NCBI GenBank assembly: GCA_964016885.1
Contig: OZ024741.1
Location: 414,904,001 to 414,968,000 of the forward strand
Reading direction: 5' to 3'
DNA length: 64,000 nucleotides
DNA from: Eledone cirrhosa
Lineage: Eukaryota
Made by a program: the position numbers and the translations under genes. Below, piece after piece: positions 15,001 to 30,000 of the stretch; the stretch's first letter is position 1, and each line of letters begins with the position of its first letter. The notes under the pieces were generated by a model. The model was not told the DNA's origin and did not search any database. It saw only the letters and a program-made list of their open reading frames with translations.

Positions 15001-18000
15001 TTACATAATATGGTGTAGTTTAGTAGAATAAGCTGGTACTGGGACACAACATAGGTTTCTTACATAATATAGTGTAGTTTAGTAGAATAAGCTGGTACTA
15101 GAACACAACATAGGTTTCTCACATAATATAGCGTAGTTTAGTAGAATAAGTTGGTACTTGAACACAACATAGGTTTCTTACATAATATAGTGTAGTTTAG
15201 TAGAATAAGCTGGTACTGGGACACAACATAGGTTTCTTACATAATATAGTGTAGTTTAGTAGAATAAGCTGGTACTGGGACACAACATAGGTTTCTTACA
15301 TAATATAGTGTAGTTTAGTAGAATAAGCTGGTACTAGAACACAACATAGGTTTCTCACATAATATAGCATAGTTTAGTAGAATAAGTTGGTACTTGAACA
15401 CAACATAGGTTTCTTACATAATATAGTGTAGTTTAGTAGAATAAGCTGGTACTGGGACACAACATAGGTTTCTTACATAATATAGTGTAGTTTAGTAGAA
15501 TAAGCTGGTACTGGTACACAACATAGGTTTCTTACATAATATAGTGTAGTTTAGTAGAATAAGCTGGTACCGGGACACAACATAGGTTTCTTACATAATA
15601 TAGTGAGGTTTAGTAGAATAAGCTGGTACTAGAACACAACATAGGCTTCCCACATAATATAGTGTAGTTTAGTAGAATAAGTTGGTACTTGAACACAACA
15701 TAGGTTTCTTACATAATATAGTGTAGTTTAGTAGAATAAGCTGGTACTGGGACACAACATAGGTTTCTTACATAATATAGTGTAGTTTAGTAGAATAAGC
15801 TGGTACTGGTACACAACATAGGTTTCTTACATAATATAGTGTAGTTTAGTAGAATAAGCTGGTACCGAGACACAACATAGGTTTCTTACATAATATAGTG
15901 TGGTTTAGTAGAATAAGCTGGGACTGGGACACAACATAGGTTTCTTACATAATATAGTGTGGTTTAGTAGAATAAGCTGGGACTGGGACACAACATAGGT
16001 TTCTTACATAATATAGTGAGGTTTAGTAGAATAAGCTGGTACTAGAACACAACATAGGTTTCTTACATAATATAGTGTAGTTTAGTAGAATAAGATGGTA
16101 CTAGAACACAACATAGGTTTGTTACATAATATAGTGAGGTTTAGTAGAATAAGCTGGTACTGGTACACAACATAGGTTTCTTACATAATATAGTGTAGTT
16201 TAGTAGAATAAGCTGGTACTGGGACACAACATAGGTTTCTTACATAATATAGTGTAGATTAGTAGAATAAGCTGGTACTGGTACACAACATAGGTTTCTT
16301 ACATACTATAGTGTAGTTTAGTAGAATAAGCTGGGACTAGGACACAACATAGGTTTCTTACATAATATAGTGTAGTTTAGTAGAATAAGCTGGTACTGGT
16401 ACACAACATAGGTTTCTTACATAATATAGTGTGGTTTAGTAGAATAAGCTGGTACTGGGACACAACATAGGTTTCTCACATAATATAGTGTAGTTTAGTA
16501 GAATAAGCTGGGACTGGGACACAACATAGGTTTCTTACATAATATAGTGTAGTTTAGTAGAATAAGTTGGTACTAGAACACAACATAGGTTTCTTACATA
16601 ATATCGTGTAGTTTAGTAGAATAAGCTGGGACTGGGACACAACATAGGTTTCTCACATAATATAGTGTAGTTTAGTAGAATAAGCTGGGACTGGGACACA
16701 ACATAGGTTTCTTACATAATATAGTGTAGTTTAGTAGAATAAGCTGGTACTGGGACACAACATAGGTTTCTTACATAATATAGTGTAGTTTAGTAGAATA
16801 AGCTGCTACTAGAACACAACATAGGTTTCTTACATAATATAGTGTAGTTTAGGAGAATAAGCTGGTACTGGGACACAACATAGGTTTCTCACATAATATA
16901 GTGTAGTTTAGTAGAATAAGTTGGTACTAGAACACAACATAGGTTTCTTACATAATATCGTGTAGTTTAGTAGAATAAGCTGGGACTGGGACACAACATA
17001 GGTTTCTTACATAATATAGTGTAGTTTAGTAGAATAAGCTGGTACTAGAACACAACATAGGTTTCTCACATAATATAGTGTAGTTTAGTAGAATAAGTTG
17101 GTACTAGAACACAACATAGGTTTCTTACATAATATAGTGTAGTTTAGTAGAATAAGCTGGTACTGGGACACAACATAGGTTTCTTACATAATATAGTGTA
17201 GTTTAGTAGAATAAGCTGGTACTGCGACACAACATAGGTTTCTTACATAATATAGTGTAGTTTAGTAGAATAAGATGGTACTGGGACACAACATAGGTTT
17301 CTTACATAATATAGTGTGGTTTAGTAGAATAAGCTGGTACTGGTACACAACATAGATTTCTTACATAATATAGTGTAGTTTAGTAGAATAAGCTGGGACT
17401 GGGACACAACATAGGTTTCTTACATAATATAGTGTAGTTTAGTAGAATAAGCTGGTACTGGGACACAACATAGGTTTCTTACATAATATAGTGTAGTTTA
17501 GTAGAATAAGCTGGTACTGGGACACAAAATAGGTTTCTTACATAATATAGTGTAGTTTAGTAGAATAAGCTGCTACTAGAACACAACATAGGTTTCTTAC
17601 ATAATATAGTGTAGTTTAGTAGAATAAGCTGGTACTGGGACACAAAATAGGTTTCTTACATAATATAGTGTAGTTTAGTAGAATAAGCTGGTACTAGAAC
17701 ACAACATAGGTTTCTTACATAATATAGTGTAGTTTAGTAGAATAAGCTGGTACTGGGACACAAAATAGGTTTCTTACATAATATAGTGTAGTTTAGTAGA
17801 ATAAGCTGCTACTAGAACACAACATAGGTTTCTTACATAATATAGTGTCGTTTAGTAGAATAAGCTGGTACTGGGACACAACATAGGTTTCTTACATAAT
17901 ATAGTGTAGTTTAGTAGAATAAGCTGCTACTAGAACACAACATAGGTTTCTTACATAATATAGTGTAGTTTAGTAGAATAAGCTGGTACTAGAACACAAC

Positions 18001-21000
18001 ATAGGTTTCTTACATAATATAGTGTAGTTTAGTAGAATAAGCTGGTACTGGGACACAACATAGGTTTCTTACATAATATAGTGTAGTTTAGAAGAATAAG
18101 CTGGTACTGGGACACAACATAGGTTTCTTACATAATATGGTGTAGTTTAGTAGAATAAGCTGGTACTGGGACACAACATAGGTTTCTTACATAATATAGT
18201 GTAGTTTAGTAGAATAAGCTGGTACTGGGACACAACATAGGTTTCTTACATAATATAGTGAGGTTTAGTAGAATAAGCTGGTACTGGTACACAACATAGG
18301 TTTCTTACATAATATAGTGTGGTTTAGTAGAATAAGCTGGGACTGGGACACAACATAGGTTTCTTACATAATATAGTGTAGTTTAGTAGAATAAGCTGGT
18401 ACTGGGACACAACATAGGTTTCTTACATAATATAGTGAGGTTTAGTAGAATAAGCTGGTACTAGAACACAACATAGGTTTCTTACATAATATAGTGTGGT
18501 TTAGTAGAATAAGCTGGGACTGGGACACAACATAGGTTTCTTACATAATATAGTGTAGTTTAGTAGAATAAGCTGCTACTAGAACACAACATAGGTTTCT
18601 TACATAATATAGTGTAGTTTAGTAGAATAAGCTGGTACTGGGACACAACATAGGTTTCTTACATAATATAGTGTAGTTTAGTAGAATAAGCTGCTACTAG
18701 AACACAACATAGGTTTCTTACATAATATAGTGTAGTTTAGTAGAATAAGCTGGTACTAGAACACAACATAGGTTTCTTACATAATATAGTGTGGTTTAGT
18801 AGAATAAGCTGGTACTGGGACACAACATAGGTTTCTTACATAACATAGTGTAGTTTAGTAGAATAAGCTGGTACTGGGACACAACATAGGTTTCTTACAT
18901 AATATAGTGTAGTTTAGTAGAATAAGCTGGTACTGGGACACAACATAGGTTTCTTACATAATATAGTGAGATTTAGTAGAATACGCTGCTACTGGGACAC
19001 AACATAGGTTTCTTACATAATATAGTGTAGTTTAGTAGAATAAGCTGGTACTGGGACACAACATAGGTTTCTTACATAATATAGTGAGATTTAGTAGAAT
19101 AAGCTGGTACTGGGACACAACATAGGTTTCTTACATAATATAGTGTAGTTTAGTAGAATAAGCTGGTACTAGAACACAACATAGGTTTCTCACATAATAT
19201 AGCGTAGTTTAGTAGAATAAGTTGGTACTTGAACACAACATAGGTTTCTTACATAATATAGTGTAGTTTAGTAGAATAAGCTGGTACTGGGACACAACAT
19301 AGGTTTCTTACATAATATAGTGTAGTTTAGTAGAATAAGCTGGTACTGGGACACAACATAGGTTTCTTACATAATATAGTGTAGTTTAGTAGAATAAGCT
19401 GGTACTAGAACACAACATAGGTTTCTCACATAATATAGCGTAGTTTAGTAGAATAAGTTGGTACTTGAACACAACATAGGTTTCTTACATAATATAGTGT
19501 AGTTTAGTAGAATAAGCTGGTACTGGGACACAACATAGGTTTCTTACATAATATAGTGTAGTTTAGTAGAATAAGCTGGTACTGGTACACAACATAGGTT
19601 TCTTACATAATATAGTGTAGTTTAGTAGAATAAGCTGGTACCGGGACACAACATAGGTTTCTTACATAATATAGTGAGGTTTAGTAGAATAAGCTGGTAC
19701 TAGAACACAACATAGGCTTCCCACATAATATAGTGTAGTTTAGTAGAATAAGTTGGTACTTGAACACAACATAGGTTTCTTACATAATATAGTGTAGTTT
19801 AGTAGAATAAGCTGGTACTGGGACACAACATAGGTTTCTTACATAATATAGTGTAGTTTAGTAGAATAAGCTGGTACTGGTACACAACATAGGTTTCTTA
19901 CATAATATAGTGTAGTTTAGTAGAATAAGCTGGTACCGAGACACAACATAGGTTTCTTACATAATATAGTGTGGTTTAGTAGAATAAGCTGGGACTGGGA
20001 CACAACATAGGTTTCTTACATAATATAGTGTGGTTTAGTAGAATAAGCTGGGACTGGGACACAACATAGGTTTCTTACATAATATAGTGAGGTTTAGTAG
20101 AATAAGCTGGTACTAGAACACAACATAGGTTTCTTACATAATATAGTGTAGTTTAGTAGAATAAGATGGTACTAGAACACAACATAGGTTTGTTACATAA
20201 TATAGTGAGGTTTAGTAGAATAAGCTGGTACTGGTACACAACATAGGTTTCTTACATAATATAGTGTAGTTTAGTAGAATAAGCTGGTACTGGGACACAA
20301 CATAGGTTTCTTACATAATATAGTGTAGTTTAGTAGAATAAGCTGGTACTGGGACACAACATAGGTTTCTTACATAATATAGTGTAGATTAGTAGAATAA
20401 GCTGGTACTGGTACACAACATAGGTTTCTTACATACTATAGTGTAGTTTAGTAGAATAAGCTGGGACTAGGACACAACATAGGTTTCTTACATAATATAG
20501 TGTAGTTTAGTAGAATAAGCTGGTACTGGTACACAACATAGGTTTCTTACATAATATAGTGTGGTTTAGTAGAATAAGCTGGTACTGGGACACAACATAG
20601 GTTTCTCACATAATATAGTGTAGTTTAGTAGAATAAGCTGGGACTGGGACACAACATAGGTTTCTTACATAATATAGTGTAGTTTAGTAGAATAAGTTGG
20701 TACTAGAACACAACATAGGTTTCTTACATAATATCGTGTAGTTTAGTAGAATAAGCTGGGACTGGGACACAACATAGGTTTCTCACGTAATATAGTGTAG
20801 TTTAGTAGAATAAGCTGGGACTGGGACACAACATAGGTTTCTTACATAATATAGTGTAGTTTAGTAGAATAAGCTGGTACTGGGACACAACATAGGTTTC
20901 TTACATAATATAGTGTAGTTTAGTAGAATAAGCTGCTACTAGAACACAACATAGGTTTCTTACATAATATAGTGTAGTTTAGGAGAATAAGCTGGTACTG

Positions 21001-24000
21001 GGACACAACATAGGTTTCTCACATAATATAGTGTAGTTTAGTAGAATAAGTTGGTACTAGAACACAACATAGGTTTCTTACATAATATCGTGTAGTTTAG
21101 TAGAATAAGCTGGGACTGGGACACAACATAGGTTTCTTACATAATATAGTGTAGTTTAGTAGAATAAGCTGGTACTAGAACACAACATAGGTTTCTCACA
21201 TAATATAGTGTAGTCTAGTAGAATAAGTTGGTACTAGAACACAACATAGGTTTCTTACATAATATAGTGTAGTTTAGTAGAATAAGCTGGTACTGGGACA
21301 CAACATAGGTTTCTTACATAATATAGTGTAGTTTAGTAGAATAAGCTGGTACTGCGACACAACATAGGTTTCTTACATAATATAGTGTAGTTTAGTAGAA
21401 TAAGATGGTACTGGGACATAACATAGGTTTCTTACATAATATAGTGTGGTTTAGTAGAATAAGCTGGTACTGGTACACAACATAGATTTCTTACATAATA
21501 TAGTGTAGTTTAGTAGAATAAGCTGGGACTGGGACACAACATAGGTTTCTTACATAATATAGTGTAGTTTAGTAGAATAAGCTGGTACTGGGACACAACA
21601 TAGGTTTCTTACATAATATAGTGTAGTTTAGTAGAATAAGCTGGTACTGGGACACAAAATAGGTTTCTTACATAATATAGTGTAGTTTAGTAGAAAAAGC
21701 TGCTACTAGAACACAACATAGGTTTCTTACATAATATAGTGTAGTTTAGTAGAATAAGCTGGTACTGGGACACAAAATAGGTTTCTTACATAATATAGTG
21801 TAGTTTAGTAGAATAAGCTGGTACTAGAACACAACATAGGTTTCTTACATAATATAGTGTAGTTTAGTAGAATAAGCTGGTACTGGGACACAAAATAGGT
21901 TTCTTACATAATATAGTGTAGTTTAGTAGAATAAGCTGCTACTAGAACACAACATAGGTTTCTTACATAATATAGTGTAGTTTAGTAGAATAAGCTGGTA
22001 CTGGGACACAACATAGGTTTCTTACATAATATAGTGTAGTTTAGTAGAATAAGCTGCTACTAGAACACAACATAGGTTTCTTACATAATATAGTGTAGTT
22101 TAGTAGAATAAGCTGGTACTAGAACACAACATAGGTTTCTTACATAATATAGTGTAGTTTAGTAGAATAAGCTGGTACTGGGACACAACATAGGTTTCTT
22201 ACATAATATAGTGTAGTTTAGAAGAATAAGCTGGTACTGGGACACAACATAGGTTTCTTACATAATATGGTGTAGTTTAGTAGAATAAGCTGGTACTGGG
22301 ACACAACATAGGTTTCTTACATAATATAGTGTAGTTTAGTAGAATAAGCTGGTACTGGGACACAACTTAGGTTTCTTACATAATATAGTGTAGTTTAGAA
22401 GAATAAGCTGGTTCTGGGACACAACATAGGTTTCTTACATAATATAGTGTAGTTTAGTAGAATAAGCTGGTACTGGTACACAACATAGGTTTCTTACATA
22501 ATATAGTGTAGTTTAGTAGAATAAGCTGGTACTGGGACACAACTTAGGTTTCTTACATAATATAGTGTAGTTTAGTAGAAAAAGCTGGTACTGGTACACA
22601 ACATAGGTTTCTTACATAATATAGTGTAGTTTAGTAGAATAAGCTGGTACTGGGACACAACATAGGTTTCTTACATAATATAGTGAGGTTTAGTAGAATA
22701 AGCTGGTACTGGGACACAACATAGGTTTCTTACATAATATAGTGTAGTTTAGTAGAATAAGCTGGTACTGGGACACAACATAGGTTTCTTACATAATATA
22801 GTGTAGTTTAGTAGAATAAGCTGGTACTGGGACACAACATAGGTTTCTTACATAATATAGTGTAGTTTAGTAGAATAAGCTGGTACTGGGACACAACATA
22901 GGTTTCTTACATAATATAGTGTAGTTTAGTAGAATAAGCTGCTACTAGAACACAACATAGGTTTCTTACATAATATAGTGTAGTTTAGTAGAATAAGCTG
23001 TTACTGGGACACAACATAGGTTTCTTACATAATATAGTGTAGTTTAGTAGAATAAGCTGGGACTAGAACACAACATAGGTTTCTTACATAATATAGTGTA
23101 GTTTAGTAGAATAAGCTGCTACTAGAACACAACATAGGTTTCTTACATAATATAGTGTAGTTTAGTAGAATAAGCTGGTACTGGGACACAACATAGGTTT
23201 CTTACATAATATAGTGTGGTTTAGTAGAATAAGCTGGTACTGGGACACAACATAGGTTTCTTACATAATATAGTGTAGTTTAGTAGAATAAGCTGGTACT
23301 GCGACACAACATAGGTTTCTTACATAATATAGTGTAGTTTAGTAGAATAAGCTGGTACTGGTACACAACATAGGTTTCTTACATAATATAGTGAGATTTA
23401 GTAGAATAAGCTGGTACTGGGACACAACATAGGTTTCTTACATAATATAGTGTAGTTTAGTAGAATAAGCTGGTACTGGGACACAACATAGGTTTCTTAC
23501 ATAATATAGTGTAGTTTAGTAGAATAAGCTGGGACTGGGACACAACATAGGTTTCTTACATAATATAGTGAGGTTTAGTAGAATAAGCTGGTACTGGTAC
23601 ACAACATAGGTTTCTTACATAATATAGTGTGGTTTAGTAGAATAAGCTGGGACTGGGACACAACATAGGTTTCTTACATAATATAGTGTAGTTTAGTAGA
23701 ATAAGCTGGTACTGGGACACAACATAGGTTTCTTACATAATATAGTGAGGTTTAGTAGAATAAGCTGGTACTAGAACACAACATAGGTTTCTTACATAAT
23801 ATAGTGTGGTTTAGTAGAATAAGCTGGGACTGGGACACAACATAGGTTTCTTACATAATATAGTGTGGTTTAGTAGAATAAGCTGGTACTGGGACACAAC
23901 ATAGGTTTCTTACATAATATAGTGAGATTTAGTAGAATAAGCTGCTACTGGGACACAACATAGGTTTCTTACATAATATAGTGTAGTTTAGTAGAATAAG

Positions 24001-27000
24001 CTGGTACTGGGACACAACATAGGTTTCTTACATAATATAGTGTAGTTTAGTAGAATAAGCTGGTACTAGAACACAACATAGGTTTCTCACATAATATAGC
24101 GTAGTTTAGTAGAATAAGTTGGTACTTGAACAGAACATAGGTTTCTTACATAATATAGTGTAGTTTAGTAGAATAAGCTGGTACTGGGACACAACATAGG
24201 TTTCTTACATAATATAGTGTAGTTTAGTAGAATAAGCTGGTACTGGTACACAACATAGGTTTCTTACATAATATAGTGTAGTTTAGTAGAATAAGCTGGT
24301 ACCGGGACACAACATAGGTTTCTTACATAATATAGTGAGGTTTAGTAGAATAAGCTGGTACTAGAACACAACATAGGCTTCCCACATAATATAGTGTAGT
24401 TTAGTAGAATAAGTTGGTACTTGAACACAACATAGGTTTCTTACATAATATAGTGTAGTTTAGTAGAATAAGCTGGTACTGGGACACAACATAGGTTTCT
24501 TACATAATATAGTGTAGTTTAGTAGAATAAGCTGGTACTGGTACACAACATAGGTTTCTTACATAATATAGTGTAGTTTAGTAGAATAAGCTGGTACCGA
24601 GACACAACATAGGTTTCTTACATAATATAGTGTGGTTTAGTAGAATAAGCTGGGACTGGGACACAACATAGGTTTCTTACATAATATAGTGTGGTTTAGT
24701 AGAATAAGCTGGGACTGGGACACAACATAGGTTTCTTACATAATATAGTGAGGTTTAGTAGAATAAGCTGGTACTAGAACACAACATAGGTTTCTTACAT
24801 AATATAGTGTAGTTTAGTAGAATAAGATGGTACTAGAACACAAAATAGGTTTGTTACATAATATAGTGAGGTTTAGTAGAATAAGCTGGTACTGGTACAC
24901 AACATAGGTTTCTTACATAATATAGTGTAGTTTAGTAGAATAAGCTGGTACTGGGACACAACATAGGTTTCTTACATAATATAGTGTAGATTAGTAGAAT
25001 AAGCTGGTACTGGTACACAACATAGGTTTCTTACATACTATAGTGTAGTTTAGTAGAATAAGCTGGGACTGGGACACAACATAGTTTTCTTACATAATAT
25101 ACTGTAGTTTAGTAGAATAAGCTGGTACTGGGACACAACATAGGTTTCTTACATAATATAGTGTAGTTTAGTAGAATAAGCTGCTACTAGAACACAACAT
25201 AGGTTTCTTACATAATATAGTGAGATTTAGTAGAATAAGCTGGTACTAGAACACAACATAGGCTTCCCACATAATATAGTGTAGTTTAGTAGAATAAGTT
25301 GGTACTTGAACACAACATAGGTTTCTTACATAATATAGTGTAGTTTAGTAGAATAAGCTGGTACTGGGACACAACTTAGGTTTCTTACATAATATAGTGT
25401 AGTTTAGTAGAATAAGCTGGGACTGGGACACAACATAGTTTTCTTACATAATATACTGTAGTTTAGTAGAATAAGCTGGTACTGGGACACAACATAGGTT
25501 TCTTACATAATATAGTGTAGTTTAGTAGAATAAGCTGCTACTAGAACACAACATAGGTTTCTTACATAATATAGTGAGATTTAGTAGAATAAGCTGGTAC
25601 TGGGACACAACATAGGTTTCTTACATAATATAGTGAGATTTAGTAGAATAAGCTGCTACTAGAACACAACATAGGTTTCTTACATAATATAGTGTAGTTT
25701 AGTAGAATAAGCTGGTACTGGGACACAACATAGGTTTCTTACATAATATAGTGAGATTTAGTAGAATAAGCTGGTACTAGAACACAACATAGGTTTCTTA
25801 CATAATATAGTGAGCTTTAGTAGAATAAGCTGGTACTGGGACACAACATAGGTTTCTTACATAATATAGTGTAGTTTAGTAGAATAAGCTGGTACTGGGA
25901 CACAACATAGGTTTCTTACATAATATAGTGAGGTTTAGTAGAATAAGCTGGTACTGGTACACAACATAGGTTTCTTACATAATATAGTGTGGTTTAGTAG
26001 AATAAGCTGGGACTGGGACACAACATAGGTTTCTTACATAATATAGTGTAGTTTAGTAGAATTAGCTGGTACTGGGACACAACATAGGTTTCTTACATAA
26101 TATAGTGAGGTTTAGTAGAATAAGCTGGTACTAGAACACAACATAGGTTTCTTACATAATATAGTGTGGTTTAGTAGAATAAGCTGGGACTGGGACACAA
26201 CATAGGTTTCTTACATAATATAGTGTAGTTTAGTAGAATAAGCTGCTACTAGAACACAACATAGGTTTCTTACATAATATAGTGTAGTTTAGTAGAATAA
26301 GCTGGTACTGGGACACAACATAGGTTTCTTACATAATATAGTGTAGTTTAGTAGAATAAGCTGCTACTAGAACACAACATAGGTTTCTTACATAATATAG
26401 TGTAGTTTAGTAGAATAAGCTGGTACTAGAACACAACATAGGTTTCTTACATAATATAGTGTGGTTTAGTAGAATAAGCTGGTACTGGGACACAACATAG
26501 GTTTCTTACATAACATAGTGTAGTTTAGTAGAATAAGCTGGTACTGGGACACAACATAGGTTTCTTACATAATATAGTGTAGTTTAGTAGAATAAGCTGG
26601 TACTGGGACACAACATAGGTTTCTTACATAATATAGTGAGATTTAGTAGAATAAGCTGCTACTGGGACACAACATAGGTTTCTTACATAATATAGTGTAG
26701 TTTAGTAGAATAAGCTGGTACTGGGACACAACATAGGTTTCTTACATAATATAGTGAGATTTAGTAGAATAAGCTGCTACTGGGACACAACATAGGTTTC
26801 TTACATAATATAGTGTAGTTTAGTAGAATAAGCTGGTACTGGGACACAACATAGGTTTCTTACATAATATAGTGTAGTTTAGTAGAATAAGCTGGTACTA
26901 GAACACAACATAGGTTTCTCACATAATATAGCGTAGTTTAGTAGAATAAGTTGGTACTTGAACACAACATAGGTTTCTTACATAATATAGTGTAGTTTAG

Positions 27001-30000
27001 TAGAATAAGCTGGTACTGGGACACAACATAGGTTTCTTACATAATATAGTGTAGTTTAGTAGAATAAGCTGGTACTGGGACACAACATAGGTTTCTTACA
27101 TAATATAGTGTAGTTTAGTAGAATAAGCTGGTACTAGAACACAACATAGGTTTCTCACATAATATAGCGTAGTTTAGTAGAATAAGTTGGTACTTGAACA
27201 CAACATAGGTTTCTTACATAATATAGTGTAGTTTAGTAGAATAAGCTGGTACTGGGACACAACATAGGTTTCTTACATAATATAGTGTAGTTTAGTAGAA
27301 TAAGCTGGTACTGGTACACAACATAGGTTTCTTACATAATATACTGTAGTTTAGTAGAATAAGCTGGTACTGGGACACAACATAGGTTTCTTACATAATA
27401 TAGTGAGATTTAGTAGAATAAGCTGCTACTGGGACACAACATAGGTTTCTTACATAATATAGTGAGATTTAGTAGAATAAGCTGCTACTGGGACACAACA
27501 TAGGTTTCTTACATAATATAGTGTAGTTTAGTAGAATAAGCTGGTACTGGGACACAACATAGGTTTCTTACATAATATAGTGTAGTTTAGTAGAATAAGC
27601 TGGTACTAGAACACAACATAGGTTTCTCACATAATATAGCGTAGTTTAGTAGAATAAGTTGGTACTTGAACACAACATAGGTTTCTTACATAATATAGTG
27701 TAGTTTAGTAGAATAAGCTGGTACTGGGACACAACATAGGTTTCTTACATAATATAGTGTAGTTTAGTAGAATAAGCTGGTACTGGGACACAACATAGGT
27801 TTCTTACATAATATAGTGTAGTTTAGTAGAATAAGCTGGTACTGGGACACAACATAGGTTTCTTACATAATATGGTGTAGTTTAGTAGAATAAGCTGGTA
27901 CTGGTACACAACATAGGTTTCTTACATAATATAGTGTAGTTTAGTAGAATAAGCTGGTACTGGGACACAACTTAGGTTTCTTACATAATATGGTGTGCTT
28001 TAGTAGAAAAAGCTGGGACTGGGACACAACATAGGTCTCTTACATAATATAGTGTAGTTTAGAAGAATAAGCTGGTACTGGGACACAACATAGGTTTCTT
28101 ACATAATATAGTGTAGTTTAGTAGAATAAGCTGGTACTGGTACACAACATAGGTTTCTTACATAATATAGTGTAGTTTAGTAGAATAAGCTGGTACTGGG
28201 ACACAACTTAGGTTTCTTACATAATATAGTGTAGTTTAGTAGAAAAAGCTGGTACTGGTACACAACATAGGTTTCTTACATAATATAGTGTAGTTTAGTA
28301 GAATAAGCTGGTACTGGGACACAACATAGGTTTCTTACATAATATAGTGTAGTTTAGTAGAATAAGCTGGGACTGGGACACAACATAGTTTTCTTACATA
28401 ATATACTGTAGTTTAGTAGAATAAGCTGGTACTGGGACACAACATAGGTTTCTTACATAATATAGTGTAGTTTAGTAGAATAAGCTGCTACTAGAACACA
28501 ACATAGGTTTCTTACATAATATAGTGAGATTTAGTAGAATAAGCTGGTACTGGGACACAACATAGGTTTCTTACATAATATAGTGAGATTTAGTAGAATA
28601 TGCTGGTACTGGGACACAACATAGGTTTCTTACATAATATAGTGTAGTTTAGTAGAATAAGCTGGTACTGGGACACAACATAGGTTTCTTACATAATATA
28701 GTGAGATTTAGTAGAATAAGCTGGTACTAGAACACAACATAGGTTTCTTACATAATATAGTGAGATTTAGTAGAATAAGCTGGTACTGGGACACAACATA
28801 GGTTTCTTACATAATATAGTGTAGTTTAGTAGAATAAGCTGGTACTGGGACACAACATAGGTTTCTTACATAATATAGTGAGGTTTAGTAGAATAAGCTG
28901 GTACTGGTACACAACATAGGTTTCTTACATAATATAGTGTGGTTTAGTAGAATAAGCTGGGACTGGGACACAACATAGGTTTCTTACATAATATAGTGTA
29001 GTTTAGTAGAATAAGCTAGTACTGGGACACAACATAGGTTTCTTACATAATATAGTGAGGTTTAGTAGAATAAGCTGGTACTAGAACACAACATAGGTTT
29101 CTTACATAATATAGTGTGGTTTAGTAGAATAAGCTGGGACTGGGACACAACATAGGTTTCTTACATAATATAGTGTAGTTTAGTAGAATAAGCTGCTACT
29201 AGAACACAACATAGGTTTCTTACATAATATAGTGTAGTTTAGTAGAATAAGCTGGTACTGGGACACAACATAGGTTTCTTACATAATATAGTGTAGTTTA
29301 GTAGAATAAGCTGCTACTAGAACACAACATAGGTTTCTTACATAATATAGTGTAGTTTAGTAGAATAAGCTGGTACTAGAACACAACATAGGTTTCTTAC
29401 ATAATATAGTGTGGTTTAGTAGAATAAGCTGGTACTGGGACACAACATAGGTTTCTTACATAACATAGTGTAGTTTAGTAGAATAAGCTGGTACTGGGAC
29501 ACAACATAGGTTTCTTACATAATATAGTGTAGTTTAGTAGAATAAGCTGGTACTGGGACACAACATAGGTTTCTTACATAATATAGTGAGATTTAGTAGA
29601 ATAAGCTGCTACTGGGACACAACATAGGTTTCTTACATAATATAGTGTAGTTTAGTAGAATAAGCTGGTACTGGGACACAACATAGGTTTCTTACATAAT
29701 ATAGTGAGATTTAGTAGAATAAGCTGCTACTGGGACACAACATAGGTTTCTTACATAATATAGTGTAGTTTAGTAGAATAAGCTGGTACTGGGACACAAC
29801 ATAGGTTTCTTACATAATATAGTGTAGTTTAGTAGAATAAGCTGGTACTAGAACACAACATAGGTTTCTCACATAATATAGCGTAGTTTAGTAGAATAAG
29901 TTGGTACTTGAACACAACATAGGTTTCTTACATAATATAGTGTAGTTTAGTAGAATAAGCTGGTACTGGGACACAACATAGGTTTCTTACATAATATAGT

